A program made the translations under genes and the position numbers. A stretch of 52,965 nucleotides of DNA from an uncultured Bacilli bacterium (GTDB taxonomy: Bacteria > Bacillota_I > Bacilli_A > RF39 > UBA660). The stretch spans positions 1-52,965 of the forward strand of contig CANRPF010000006.1 of assembly GCA_947632375.1 (NCBI GenBank), read 5' to 3'. Shown piece by piece: positions 43,107 through 52,745 of the stretch. The notes beneath the pieces were generated by a model. That model saw only the letters and a list, made by a program, of their open reading frames with translations. It ran no database searches and was not told the DNA's origin. The first letter of the stretch is position 1. Each line of letters starts with the position of its first letter.

Positions 43107-46100
43107 TTGGCAGGAATCACAATAACCGACCACGAATGTTTAAGTTCACACATGGAAGTAAATAAATATGCTCAAGAAATAAGTAAAGAACATCCTGATT
43201 TTAAAATTGCATTAGGTAATGAAATTTATTTATGTGGCGATAGAGAAAGTGGACAAAAATATTTTCACTTTATTTTAATTGCAAAAAATAAAGATGGACA
43301 TAGAGCATTAAGAGAACTATCTTCAAGAGCATGGATGAACTCATATTGGGACCGCGGAATGGAGCGTGTGGTTACTACATACTCAGATTTACAGGAGATT
43401 ATAAGTAAGTATCCTGGTAGTATTATAGCGACGACCGCATGTTTAGGTGGAGAATTAAGTACAATGACTTTAAGATTAGTTGAAAGTCGTAATCTCCATG
43501 ATATTGATGGCGAAAGAATGATGCAAGACAGAATAGCAAATTTTGTCTTGTTTTGTAAGAATATATTTGGTGAAGATTTTTATATTGAATGTGCGCCAGG
43601 TTTAAGTAAAGAACAAATTGCAGTTAATAAACAATTAGTTTCTATTGCACAATGCTTTAATGTAAAGATGGTAGTAGGAACTGACGCTCACTATTTAAAA
43701 AAAGAAGATAGATTTGTTCATAAAGCATATTTAAACTCAAAAGGTGGAGAAAGAGAAGTTGATGATTTTTATGAGTATGCTTATTTGCAAACTCAAGATG
43801 AAGTTATCAATTATTTGAGTCAAAGTATTCCAAATGAAATTGAACAAATGTTCAAGAATAGTTTGGAAATTTATGATAAGATAGAAAATTATTCGCTTGA
43901 ACATAAGCAAACTATTCCACAAGTTGAAGTAAAGGATTATCCAAAAAATTCTTGGTGGGGAGTAAATAATCCAGACGCAGATGAAATGTCAAATTATCCA
44001 ATATTAAAATCAATGTTTGTTTCAGATGATAAAGTTGAAAGATATTGGGTGAATCAATGTTGGGAATCACTTGAAAAAATAAAGGGTTCTTGGCGAGATA
44101 ATTTGAATTATGTAGCAAGATTGGAAGAAGAGGCTGATACAAAGAGGGTTATTGGAGAAAAATTGGAAACTAATATGTTTAGTTATCCAGTAACACTCCA
44201 GCACTATGTAGATTTATTTTGGAATTGTGGTAGCATTGTAGGCGCAGGCCGCGGTTCAAGTTGCTCAGGATTGAATCATTACTTATTAGGAATTACACAA
44301 CTTGACCCACTTCAATGGGACCTTCCATTCTGGAGATATTTGAATAAAGAAAGAATTGAACTTGGTGATATTGATTTGGATTTATGTCCATCAAGACGTC
44401 CAACAATTCTTAAAGAAATTAAAAAAGAGAGAGGTCAAAAGTTTAAATTAGATATAGATGATTTATCAAGAAAAAATCTTGGCTGTACATTGATTGCTAC
44501 TTTTGGTACAGAAGGAACTCGTTCTGCAATTTTAACTGCATGTCGTGGTTATAGAAGTGAAGAATATCCTGATGGTATTGATGTTGATACAGCTCAGTAT
44601 ATGTCATCATTGATTCCTTCTGAGCGAGGATTCTTGTGGCCATTAAATGATGTTGTAAATGGTAATAAAGATAAAGATAGACGTCCAATTAGTGCGTTTA
44701 TCAATGAAGTTAATCAGTATGAAGGATTGTTAAATATTATGTTAGCAATCGAAGGCTTGATTAACAAGAGAAGTAGTCATGCTTCTGGTGTTATCTTGTT
44801 TGATGAAGACCCATATGAATTTGGTTGTTTTATGAAAACTCCAAAAGGAGAAATTATAACACAATATGATTTACATATGTGTGAAGCAGCGGGTATGACA
44901 AAATATGACTTCTTAGTAACAGAGTTTCAGGATAAATTAAGAGAATGTATTAGATTGTTACAAGAATATAATGAAATTGACTCAAAGCTATCATTGAGAG
45001 AAGTATATAATTTATATTTTCATCCAAATGTTTTACCTATTGAAGACAAAAATATATGGAAGGTATTACATGATAATAGTGTATTAAATATCTTTCAGTT
45101 TGATTCAGCTGTTGGAAGCCAGGCAGCTAAAAAGATTAAACCATCAAATATTCTTGAAATGGCAGATGCGAACGGACTTATGAGATTGATGACAAGTGAA
45201 AAAGGTCAAGAATCACCAATGGAGAAGTATGTAAGATTTAAAAATAATATAAGTCTGTGGTATAACGAAATGCGGACGGCCGGTCTTTCCGCCGATGAAC
45301 AGCATACATTAGAGCCATACTTCTTGAAATCATATGGAGTGCCACCAAGCCAGGAACAGCTAATGATGATGTTAATGGATGAAAATATTTGTGGTTTTAC
45401 TCTCGCAGAAGCGAACGCCGCGCGTAAAATTGTCGGTAAAAAGCAAATGTCTAAGATTCCAGAATTAAAACAACAAGTTTTGGATAAAGCAAAAAGTGAA
45501 CACCTTGGACATTATGTATGGGAGCATGGTATTGGACCTCAGATGGGATATAGCTTTAGTATTATTCATGCTTTAGCATATAGCTTTATTGGTTTTCAAG
45601 GTATGTTTATAGCAACTCATTGGAATCCTATCTATTGGAATACAGCTTGTTTAATTGTTAATAGTGGTTCTCTTGAAGATGATGACGATGTAGAATATGA
45701 AATAATTGAAGATGATGATGGAGAAAGTGTTAAGAAAAAAGAAAAAGGAACAGATTATGCGAAAGTGGCTAAAGCTCTTGGTGATATTATCTCTCATGGT
45801 ATTCATATTTCATTAGTAGATATAAATAAGTCAAATTATAGTTTTGAACCAGATGTTGCAAATAATCAAATTTTGTTTGGTATGAAAGCATTAAGTAATG
45901 TTGGCGCGCCAATTATTGATATGATTATTGCAAATAGACCATATAAGAGTTTTAAAGATTTTTTAAATAAATGTCCATTAAATAAAACAGCGATGATTTC
46001 TTTAATTAAAGCTGGAGCATTTGATAATTTAGAGACAGAATGGGCAGAGGAACTTCATGTTCATCCTCGTATTTTAATAATGACATATTATTTATCATTA

Positions 46101-46991
46101 AATTGTGATGCAAAGAAAAGATTAACATTACAAAATTTTAATGGGTTAATGCAAAAGAGTTTGATACCAGAATCTTTAAGTTTCCAAAAAGAAGTATTTA
46201 TCTTTAATAAGCTATTGAAAGCTGAAAAGAAAGTTGGTAAATATTATGTATTTGACCAGTCTTGTGAAGATTTTTATTCAGATAATTTTGATACAAATAA
46301 ATTAAATGTAATAAATGGTATAACTTGTATTCTTCAAACAGATTGGGATAAAATATATCAAAGTGTAATGGATGATGCAAGAGAATGGCTAAAACAGAAT
46401 CAAGATGAAGTATTAAGTGAATTTAACCAGGTCTTATTCTTAGAAACCTGGATAAAATACGCTTCAGGCAGCATTTCCGCGTGGGAAATGGAGAGTTTAT
46501 GTTTTTATTATAATGAACATGAATTGGCTCACGTTAATAAAAATAAATATGGTATTAGTAATTTCTTTACTATGCCAGAACAGCCAGAAGTAGAATATTT
46601 CTTCAAAAGAAATGGTAAAGATATTCCAATATATAAAACACATAAAATTATTGGAACTGTTATTAGTAAGAATGATACTCGTTCATCAATTACATTGTTG
46701 ACAACAGATGGTGTTGTTGATGTGAAGTTTACAAAAGAATATTTTGCGATGTTTAATCGTCAAATATCTGAAGTTCAAGAAGATGGAACTAAAAAAGTAA
46801 AGGAAAAAGGCTGGTTTACAAGAGGAACAAAAGTATTATGCACTGGTTTTAGAAGAGAAGATACTTTTGTAGCAAAAACATATAAAAGAACCGCGTCACA
46901 TCAATTATATAAAATCACAGATGTTGATAAAGATGGAAATATTACATTGATTCATGAGCGATATGGTGCAGAAAAGAATGAAAAAGAATGA
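43107..46991 (+). CDS. DNA polymerase III alpha subunit (DnaE/PolC family). The coding sequence probably begins at ATG 42987 but is interrupted by an in-frame TAG at 43032-43034
   Basis: PHP domain (ITITDHE), GAGRGSSCSGLNHYLLGITQLDPL and LGDIDLDLC blocks typical of Pol III alpha. The same frame upstream encodes MIMSRFEIHSHTHYS-TAG-VSNLRLLDC, the canonical HxH..YSLLDG start of the PHP domain. The 43107 TTG start is the track's minimal call. Confidence 0.85.
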   Translation: MAGITITDHECLSSHMEVNKYAQEISKEHPDFKIALGNEIYLCGDRESGQKYFHFILIAKNKDGHRALRELSSRAWMNSYWDRGMERVVTTYSDLQEIISKYPGSIIATTACLGGELSTMTLRLVESRNLHDIDGERMMQDRIANFVLFCKNIFGEDFYIECAPGLSKEQIAVNKQLVSIAQCFNVKMVVGTDAHYLKKEDRFVHKAYLNSKGGEREVDDFYEYAYLQTQDEVINYLSQSIPNEIEQMFKNSLEIYDKIENYSLEHKQTIPQVEVKDYPKNSWWGVNNPDADEMSNYPILKSMFVSDDKVERYWVNQCWESLEKIKGSWRDNLNYVARLEEEADTKRVIGEKLETNMFSYPVTLQHYVDLFWNCGSIVGAGRGSSCSGLNHYLLGITQLDPLQWDLPFWRYLNKERIELGDIDLDLCPSRRPTILKEIKKERGQKFKLDIDDLSRKNLGCTLIATFGTEGTRSAILTACRGYRSEEYPDGIDVDTAQYMSSLIPSERGFLWPLNDVVNGNKDKDRRPISAFINEVNQYEGLLNIMLAIEGLINKRSSHASGVILFDEDPYEFGCFMKTPKGEIITQYDLHMCEAAGMTKYDFLVTEFQDKLRECIRLLQEYNEIDSKLSLREVYNLYFHPNVLPIEDKNIWKVLHDNSVLNIFQFDSAVGSQAAKKIKPSNILEMADANGLMRLMTSEKGQESPMEKYVRFKNNISLWYNEMRTAGLSADEQHTLEPYFLKSYGVPPSQEQLMMMLMDENICGFTLAEANAARKIVGKKQMSKIPELKQQVLDKAKSEHLGHYVWEHGIGPQMGYSFSIIHALAYSFIGFQGMFIATHWNPIYWNTACLIVNSGSLEDDDDVEYEIIEDDDGESVKKKEKGTDYAKVAKALGDIISHGIHISLVDINKSNYSFEPDVANNQILFGMKALSNVGAPIIDMIIANRPYKSFKDFLNKCPLNKTAMISLIKAGAFDNLETEWAEELHVHPRILIMTYYLSLNCDAKKRLTLQNFNGLMQKSLIPESLSFQKEVFIFNKLLKAEKKVGKYYVFDQSCEDFYSDNFDTNKLNVINGITCILQTDWDKIYQSVMDDAREWLKQNQDEVLSEFNQVLFLETWIKYASGSISAWEMESLCFYYNEHELAHVNKNKYGISNFFTMPEQPEVEYFFKRNGKDIPIYKTHKIIGTVISKNDTRSSITLLTTDGVVDVKFTKEYFAMFNRQISEVQEDGTKKVKEKGWFTRGTKVLCTGFRREDTFVAKTYKRTASHQLYKITDVDKDGNITLIHERYGAEKNEKE

Positions 46992-47070
46992 AATAAAAAC
47001 ATGGAATCCTAATAAAGAAGCAACATTTAAAATAGATAATGCAACAATAAATTGGGAGTTTTTAAAAAGA

Positions 47071-47640
47071 ATGAGCAAAAAATATAAAATTATTGCTCTT
47101 TTTGGTAAATCTGGGGCAGGTAAAGATACCATTCAAAAGTGGATGGTTACTAACCTGCCCAATATGAAAGGCATGGTTAATTATACTACAAGACCAAAAA
47201 GAGATTATGAACAAGAGGGCATAGATTATCATTTTATTAGTAATACAGAATTTGCAGAAAAAGTCCTTGACGGCAGTATGTTAGAAGCTACAGAATTTAA
47301 TCATTGGTTTTATGGTGCTGCTATTGATGAATTAGATATTGATAAAATCAATGTTGGAGTTTTTAATGTTTATGGTATTCAGGGATTACTACAAGATAAT
47401 AGATTGGATGTACTTCCAGTATATATAGATTGTTATGATAAAATAAGACTATTGCGTGACATAAACAGAGAAAACAATCCAGATTGTTATGAAATTTGCA
47501 GAAGATATTTAGCAGATGAAAAAGATTTTGATAAAATTGACTTTGAATATGCAACATATTTAAACAATGATAATAATGCTATATACTTTAATATTCATAA
47601 AATTCCTCAAGTAGCTAGTTTTATAGAAGGCCAAGAATAG
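47071..47640 (+). CDS. gmk: Guanylate kinase
   Basis: P-loop GKSGAGKDT. TTRPKRDYEQEGIDYHFIS guanylate-kinase signature. ATG 47071 is preferred over the track start, which overlaps the polymerase gene. Confidence 0.65.
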   Translation: MSKKYKIIALFGKSGAGKDTIQKWMVTNLPNMKGMVNYTTRPKRDYEQEGIDYHFISNTEFAEKVLDGSMLEATEFNHWFYGAAIDELDIDKINVGVFNVYGIQGLLQDNRLDVLPVYIDCYDKIRLLRDINRENNPDCYEICRRYLADEKDFDKIDFEYATYLNNDNNAIYFNIHKIPQVASFIEGQE

Positions 47641-47708
47641 ATAATATTATTGTAATAAAATTCATATTTATTACAACCTTAAAATATTTATATAATTAGG
47701 AGGATAAT

Positions 47709-49949
47709 ATGAAAATACAAATTATGAAACGTGATGGTCGAATTGTTCCTTTTGACCAAAACAAAATTATTGATGCAGTTTTGGCAGCATTTAAAGAAGT
47801 TGATGGAGATTTAACTGATTATGCTTATGCGAAAGCAGGAAATATAGCAGATTATATTCAGTTAATTGCAGAAGAACAAAATGACCATTGTTTAAATATT
47901 GAACAAATTCAAGACTTAGTTGAAAAAGGGCTAATGTCAACAAAAAGAAAAGATGTAGCGCGTGCATATATTACATATAGAAATGAACGTACTGCTGAAC
48001 GAAATAGAAAAAATTCTTTAATAAAAACTGTTTCAGAAAAATTAACAGCATCAAATGTGCAGAATCAAAATGCCAACATTGATGAACATTCTTTTGGTGG
48101 TCGTATGGGTGAAGCTAATGAAGCTTTAACTAAACAATATGCACTAGATTATTGTGTGTCTCAGAAAGCTAGAGAAAATCATTTAAATAATCGTATTTAT
48201 ATTCATGACCTTGGGGCATATGCAGTTGGTATGCACAACTGTTTATCAGTACCTTTTGACAAAATATTAGCACAAGGTTTTAACACAAGACAAACTGATG
48301 TACGACCAGCAAACTCAATCAACACAGCATTTCAATTAGTTGCAGTTATTTTTCAATTACAATCACTACAACAATTTGGTGGCGTCTCCGCGACGCACCT
48401 AGATTGGACTATGGTTCCATATGTTCGTAAGAGTTTTTACAAGCACTTTAAAGAAGGTTGTACTTACTTATATGAAGAACCAATAGAGATTGAACCATTT
48501 GATGATATGACAAAAATTTCAATAGAAGCAGATGATTATAAATACTTTGCTAAAGCATATAAATATGCTATGGATATGACTCAAAAAGAATTAGACCAGG
48601 CTGTTGAAGGAATGTATCATAATCTAAATACATTACAAAGCAGGTCTGGAAACCAGTTGCCTTTTACTTCTATTAACTATGGTACTTGTACTTTAGCTGA
48701 AGGTAGAATGGTAATTAAAGCATTACTTGAAGGCAGTATCCGTGGCGTCGGTAAGTTACATAAAACTTCTATTTTCCCTTGTGGAATTTTCCAATATATG
48801 AAGGGTGTTAATGATAGACCTGGAACACCAAATTACGATATGTATAGACTAGCTCTTGAATCAACAGCAAAAAGATTATATCCAAATTATGCTAATGTTG
48901 ATTGGAGCGGGAACGCCGGTTATGACTGCAATGACCCAGCTACATACTTCAGTACAATGGGATGCAGAACTGCCAATGGTTGGGATATAAATGGAATGGG
49001 CCAGACTAAAGACGGACGAGGAAATATCTGCCCTGTTACCATTATTCTTCCTACTATTGCTATGGAATCTAAAGAAATTCTTGACCACGGAGACGGTTTT
49101 GTAAATACAGAAGAAGGTAAAACACAATTACAAGATTACTTTTTAAGAAATTTAGACAAAGCTATTTATGATGCTAAAGATATGTTATTAGAGCGATTTG
49201 AATGGATTTGTTCTCAATCGCCAGAGTCCGCAAAATTTATGTATGAAAATGGAACCATGGCAGGATATATTCCAGAAGAAGGAATTAGGTCGGCTTTAAA
49301 ACATGGTACTTTAGCTATTGGTCAATTAGGCTTGGCTGAAACATTACAAATTCTGATTGGATGTGACCATACTGAAGAAGAGGGTATGAAATTAGCTAAA
49401 CGAATAGAGCAATTATTTAAAGATAGATGTGCAGAATTTAAACAGCAATATCAATTAAACTTTGGTGTATATTATACTCCTGCGGAAAATTTGTGCTACA
49501 CAGCTATGAAGAAATTTAAAGAAAAATATGGAGTAATTAAAGACGTATCTGATAAAGAGTTCTTCACTAATTCAATGCACGTACCAGTATGGAAACAAAT
49601 AAGTCCATTTGAAAAGATTGATATTGAATCTCAATTAACTGGATATTCAAGTGCAGGTTGTATTACTTATGTTGAACTTGATGGTGGCGTCCGCAAAAAC
49701 ATTGATGCTCTTGAAACTATTGTAAATTACGCTATGGACCATGATATTCCATACTTTGCAATCAATGTTCCAAATGATACTTGTCTTGAGTGTGGATTTA
49801 CTGGAGAATTTAATGATAAGTGTCCTATTTGTGGAAGTAATAATATTTCACGTCTTCGCCGTGTAACTGGATATTTAACTGGCAATTATACAACAGCATT
49901 TAATTGGGGCAAACAAAAAGAAACTGAAATGAGAGTGAAACATCAGTGA
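47709..49949 (+). CDS. nrdD: Anaerobic ribonucleoside-triphosphate reductase (class III RNR)
   Basis: N-terminal ATP-cone (VIKRDGRIVPFD). C-terminal zinc ribbon CLECG...CPICG. Glycyl-radical motif RRVTGYL. Confidence 0.9.
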   Translation: MKIQIMKRDGRIVPFDQNKIIDAVLAAFKEVDGDLTDYAYAKAGNIADYIQLIAEEQNDHCLNIEQIQDLVEKGLMSTKRKDVARAYITYRNERTAERNRKNSLIKTVSEKLTASNVQNQNANIDEHSFGGRMGEANEALTKQYALDYCVSQKARENHLNNRIYIHDLGAYAVGMHNCLSVPFDKILAQGFNTRQTDVRPANSINTAFQLVAVIFQLQSLQQFGGVSATHLDWTMVPYVRKSFYKHFKEGCTYLYEEPIEIEPFDDMTKISIEADDYKYFAKAYKYAMDMTQKELDQAVEGMYHNLNTLQSRSGNQLPFTSINYGTCTLAEGRMVIKALLEGSIRGVGKLHKTSIFPCGIFQYMKGVNDRPGTPNYDMYRLALESTAKRLYPNYANVDWSGNAGYDCNDPATYFSTMGCRTANGWDINGMGQTKDGRGNICPVTIILPTIAMESKEILDHGDGFVNTEEGKTQLQDYFLRNLDKAIYDAKDMLLERFEWICSQSPESAKFMYENGTMAGYIPEEGIRSALKHGTLAIGQLGLAETLQILIGCDHTEEEGMKLAKRIEQLFKDRCAEFKQQYQLNFGVYYTPAENLCYTAMKKFKEKYGVIKDVSDKEFFTNSMHVPVWKQISPFEKIDIESQLTGYSSAGCITYVELDGGVRKNIDALETIVNYAMDHDIPYFAINVPNDTCLECGFTGEFNDKCPICGSNNISRLRRVTGYLTGNYTTAFNWGKQKETEMRVKHQ

Positions 49950-50482
49950 GAATTTCAGGACTTATAAAAAATGATGTTGTTAATGGTATAGACGTATGCG
50001 TTTCCCTTTGGACTCAAGGTTGCCCCTTCCACTGTCCACATTGTCATAATCCACAGACATGGGATTTTAATGGTGGATACATTGTAAATAATCTAAAGGA
50101 TACTATTATAAAAGCTATTAGTGCTAATGGTGTTAATCGAAACTTTTCTATTCTGGGTGGAGAACCTCTCTGCCCAGAAAATATAGAAATGGTTAAAGAA
50201 ATATTATTAACAGTAAAAACTGTATATCCAAATATAAAAACATTTATATGGACTGGATATACATTAGAAGAATTGCAAAGACTCCGTAAAAATAATAAAA
50301 ATTTAGATATTATCTTATCTACATCTGATTTCTTAATTGATGGATTATTTATTCAAGAGCAAAAAGATTATACATTATGGCTACGTGGAAGTAAAAATCA
50401 AAATGTATATCACTTGACAGAAGATAAGAAATATGTTAAAATAGATAAAAATGATAATGGAGAATATATTACTTATGAGTGA
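49946..50482 (+). CDS. nrdG: Anaerobic RNR activating protein (radical SAM)
   Basis: CPFHCPHC radical-SAM cysteine cluster. Translationally coupled to nrdD. Confidence 0.85.
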   Translation: MRISGLIKNDVVNGIDVCVSLWTQGCPFHCPHCHNPQTWDFNGGYIVNNLKDTIIKAISANGVNRNFSILGGEPLCPENIEMVKEILLTVKTVYPNIKTFIWTGYTLEELQRLRKNNKNLDIILSTSDFLIDGLFIQEQKDYTLWLRGSKNQNVYHLTEDKKYVKIDKNDNGEYITYE

Positions 50483-50858
50483 AATGGAACTAGGTAATTT
50501 ATATAATGTAAATAAAACTATAAATCTTCAACAAAAAATATTAACTAACACTGAATTAAAAGCCGCATTAAGAAAAGTTAAACATTTTTTTGTTGATAAT
50601 TCAGATAAATATTTTATGTTATTGTGTAGAGAAAGATATGATTATACTTTATTTCATTTCTTGAATAAAGGAGATATTACTCTGCAACAAAGTATTAAAG
50701 ACATAAAAGAATGCTTATTAAATCGTGGTCAAGTAATTTCAATCGAGCCAGCAACAGAAATGAATGGATATGAAATTTGGCTTAAAGTAGATGATGAAGC
50801 ATTTGCTTATTATTTATTTCCTTATGATTTAGGTGTTCTTGAGGAAGGTGTAGTATGA
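50475..50858 (+). CDS. Hypothetical protein
   Basis: ATG 50475 with GGAG 12 nt upstream. Overlaps the nrdG stop. Confidence 0.3.
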   Translation: MSEMELGNLYNVNKTINLQQKILTNTELKAALRKVKHFFVDNSDKYFMLLCRERYDYTLFHFLNKGDITLQQSIKDIKECLLNRGQVISIEPATEMNGYEIWLKVDDEAFAYYLFPYDLGVLEEGVV

Positions 50859-51115
50859 AAAAAATTGTAGGAGTATTACGTCCATTTGATAGACGGCAAA
50901 ATTTCTATGTTTATGAAGATGGTAATAGAATAGATAAGATTTCTGTAACTCTTGAAGAAATGAATGAAAGTCTTTTTGCATTAGCTCAAAAGCATGATAT
51001 AATGCGAATTGATTTATCTGGGCCAAAACAATATGCTAGGGGCTTAGCTAAAAAACTTCAAGAAGATGAAATAATTAAATATAATAGAGCATTTTTAGAA
51101 ATTAACATTATTTAA
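50855..51115 (+). CDS. Hypothetical protein
   Basis: 86 aa. ATGA coupling. Confidence 0.3.
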   Translation: MKKIVGVLRPFDRRQNFYVYEDGNRIDKISVTLEEMNESLFALAQKHDIMRIDLSGPKQYARGLAKKLQEDEIIKYNRAFLEINII

Positions 51116-51126
51116 GGAGAAAATAA

Positions 51127-51372
51127 ATGTCTAAATATTTAGTAGCAACAACAGAAACATATAGAGTTGATAGTGAAGATGAAGCTAAGCAGCTTATTGA
51201 AGAAGCAAAAAATGAATCATTAAGTAATTTAACTAAGTATTCTTGTGTATATAAGGAACAAAAGTTAAAAGGTGAGGTGGTTCAAAGTTGGTATAGAGTT
51301 ACTTTAAATAAGTCTTTTAATATTGAAAAAGAACCAGAGGAGGATATTACGATTACTTATGGAAGAAATTAA
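51127..51372 (+). CDS. Hypothetical protein
   Basis: 81 aa. RBS aaggagaaaa. Confidence 0.3.
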   Translation: MSKYLVATTETYRVDSEDEAKQLIEEAKNESLSNLTKYSCVYKEQKLKGEVVQSWYRVTLNKSFNIEKEPEEDITITYGRN

Positions 51373-51790
51373 AGTAAAATATCTTAATGATAAAGTAGAA
51401 CGTATTAAACCAATTTGTAATGGAGACTGGATTGATTTGAGGGCGGCAACCAGTATACATTTAACTAAAGGAGAATGCGCGCTTATTCCTCTCGGTGTAG
51501 CTATGCAGCTCCCCGCTGGATATGAGGCTATCCTAGCTCCAAGAAGTTCTTCATTTAAAAAATGGGGTATTATTCAAACAAATTCTATTGGAGTAATTGA
51601 TGAATCCTATAATGGAGATAACGACCAGTGGTTAATGTCAGTAATTGCAACAAGAGATGCAGATATTGAATTAAATGACAGAGTATGCCAGTTTAGAATT
51701 ATTAAACATCAGCCTGAAATCGCTTTTGTTGAAGTAACAACACTTGGCAATGAAGACCGCGGAGGCTTCGGTTCAACCGGCACAAAGTGA
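51359..51790 (+). CDS. dut: dUTP diphosphatase (dUTPase)
   Basis: Motifs [21 protein letters not shown] and C-terminal RGGFGSTG (motif V). ATG 51359 with RBS gaggagga. Confidence 0.8.
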   Translation: MEEIKVKYLNDKVERIKPICNGDWIDLRAATSIHLTKGECALIPLGVAMQLPAGYEAILAPRSSSFKKWGIIQTNSIGVIDESYNGDNDQWLMSVIATRDADIELNDRVCQFRIIKHQPEIAFVEVTTLGNEDRGGFGSTGTK

Positions 51791-51803
51791 GGTATATGTA
51801 ATT

Positions 51804-52115
51804 ATGAATGATGCTAATGTAGTTCAATACGATGGTATAGATGTAGTAAGTGACCATGATATATTACAACAACAAGAATTTGAGTTTTTAGATTCTATTG
51901 AAGATTTAGAAACATATCTTCAAGAAGCGAATTGGTCGATTCATGAAATAATGAATCAAATTGATAATAACTGCGGACCTTCTTATACAAAAGAATCTAG
52001 TATTTTTAATTGCATTACCGCAGACGATTTTATTAGTTATTTAAGAAAAAGATATAAAGGTAAATATGAACCTTATTATTATATGGAGTGTCGATTAAAA
52101 CAAGTAACTGAGTAG
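51804..52115 (+). CDS. Hypothetical protein
   Basis: 103 aa from ATG 51804. Followed by terminator 52113-52148. Confidence 0.3.
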   Translation: MNDANVVQYDGIDVVSDHDILQQQEFEFLDSIEDLETYLQEANWSIHEIMNQIDNNCGPSYTKESSIFNCITADDFISYLRKRYKGKYEPYYYMECRLKQVTE

Positions 52116-52148
52116 GATGTAGAAATACATCCTACTTTTTTATTTTAT
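52113..52148 (+). terminator. Intrinsic terminator
   Basis: gtaggatgt-agaaat-acatcctac stem then TTTTTTATTTT. Confidence 0.7.
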
Positions 52149-52155
52149 ATGAATC

Positions 52156-52184
52156 TTGACAATATAAAAAATTTTTGATATAAT
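52156..52184 (+). promoter_or_regulatory. Promoter TTGACA-17-TGaTATAAT for the resolvase gene
   Basis: Consensus hexamers. RBS aaggagg before ATG 52215. Confidence 0.6.
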
Positions 52185-52214
52185 CTAGGTATAAGTAAGG
52201 AGGAATTTAGTTAT

Positions 52215-52712
52215 ATGAATATATTAGCAATAGATGCAAGTACAAAAAGCAGTGGATGGGCTGTCTTTGAGGATACTAGATTACTAGATTATGGATGTAT
52301 ACAGTCGGCATCCGCAGATTTAATTAAACGTATCTATATCATGAAAGATGGAATTGAAAAAATATTAAATAAATATAAAATTGATAAAATTATATTAGAA
52401 GAAGTAAGACCAGAACAGGGCCTACAAAATTTAAAAACACATAAAGCATTATTATACCTTCAGGCTGCTATTGCTTTTTTAGTGCATGAAAAATTTAATA
52501 AGATAAATATAGAATATGTTTACCCTAATGAATGGCGTAAGGCTTGTGGGATTAAGACCGGAAGAGGAGTTAGACGAGAAAGTCTAAAACCTTTAGATAT
52601 AGCTTTTGTGAAAAATACTTATAATATTATTGTTAATGATGATGTAGCAGATGCAATAGGAATAGGACATGCCTATGTTAATACTATTAACAATGAAATA
52701 AATTGGGAATAA
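52215..52712 (+). CDS. RuvC-family Holliday-junction resolvase (phage-type)
   Basis: LAIDASTKSSGWAVFED (catalytic Asp loop). C-terminal DVADAIGIGHAY. Confidence 0.75.
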   Translation: MNILAIDASTKSSGWAVFEDTRLLDYGCIQSASADLIKRIYIMKDGIEKILNKYKIDKIILEEVRPEQGLQNLKTHKALLYLQAAIAFLVHEKFNKINIEYVYPNEWRKACGIKTGRGVRRESLKPLDIAFVKNTYNIIVNDDVADAIGIGHAYVNTINNEINWE

Positions 52713-52745
52713 AAAAGAGGGAGCCTTTTAGGCTCCCTTTAATTT
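52709..52745. terminator. Bidirectional intrinsic terminator between convergent genes
   Basis: A-tract, agggagcc-tttta-ggctccct stem, T-tract. Serves plus-strand gene 52215-52712 and minus-strand gene 52728-52965. Confidence 0.65.

Noticed and set aside
47646-47676. NrdR box upstream of nrdD
   Set aside because: The palindrome TTGTAATAAA/TTTATTACAA does not resemble the acaCtAtATaTaGtgt consensus closely. Reported only as an inverted repeat of uncertain role.
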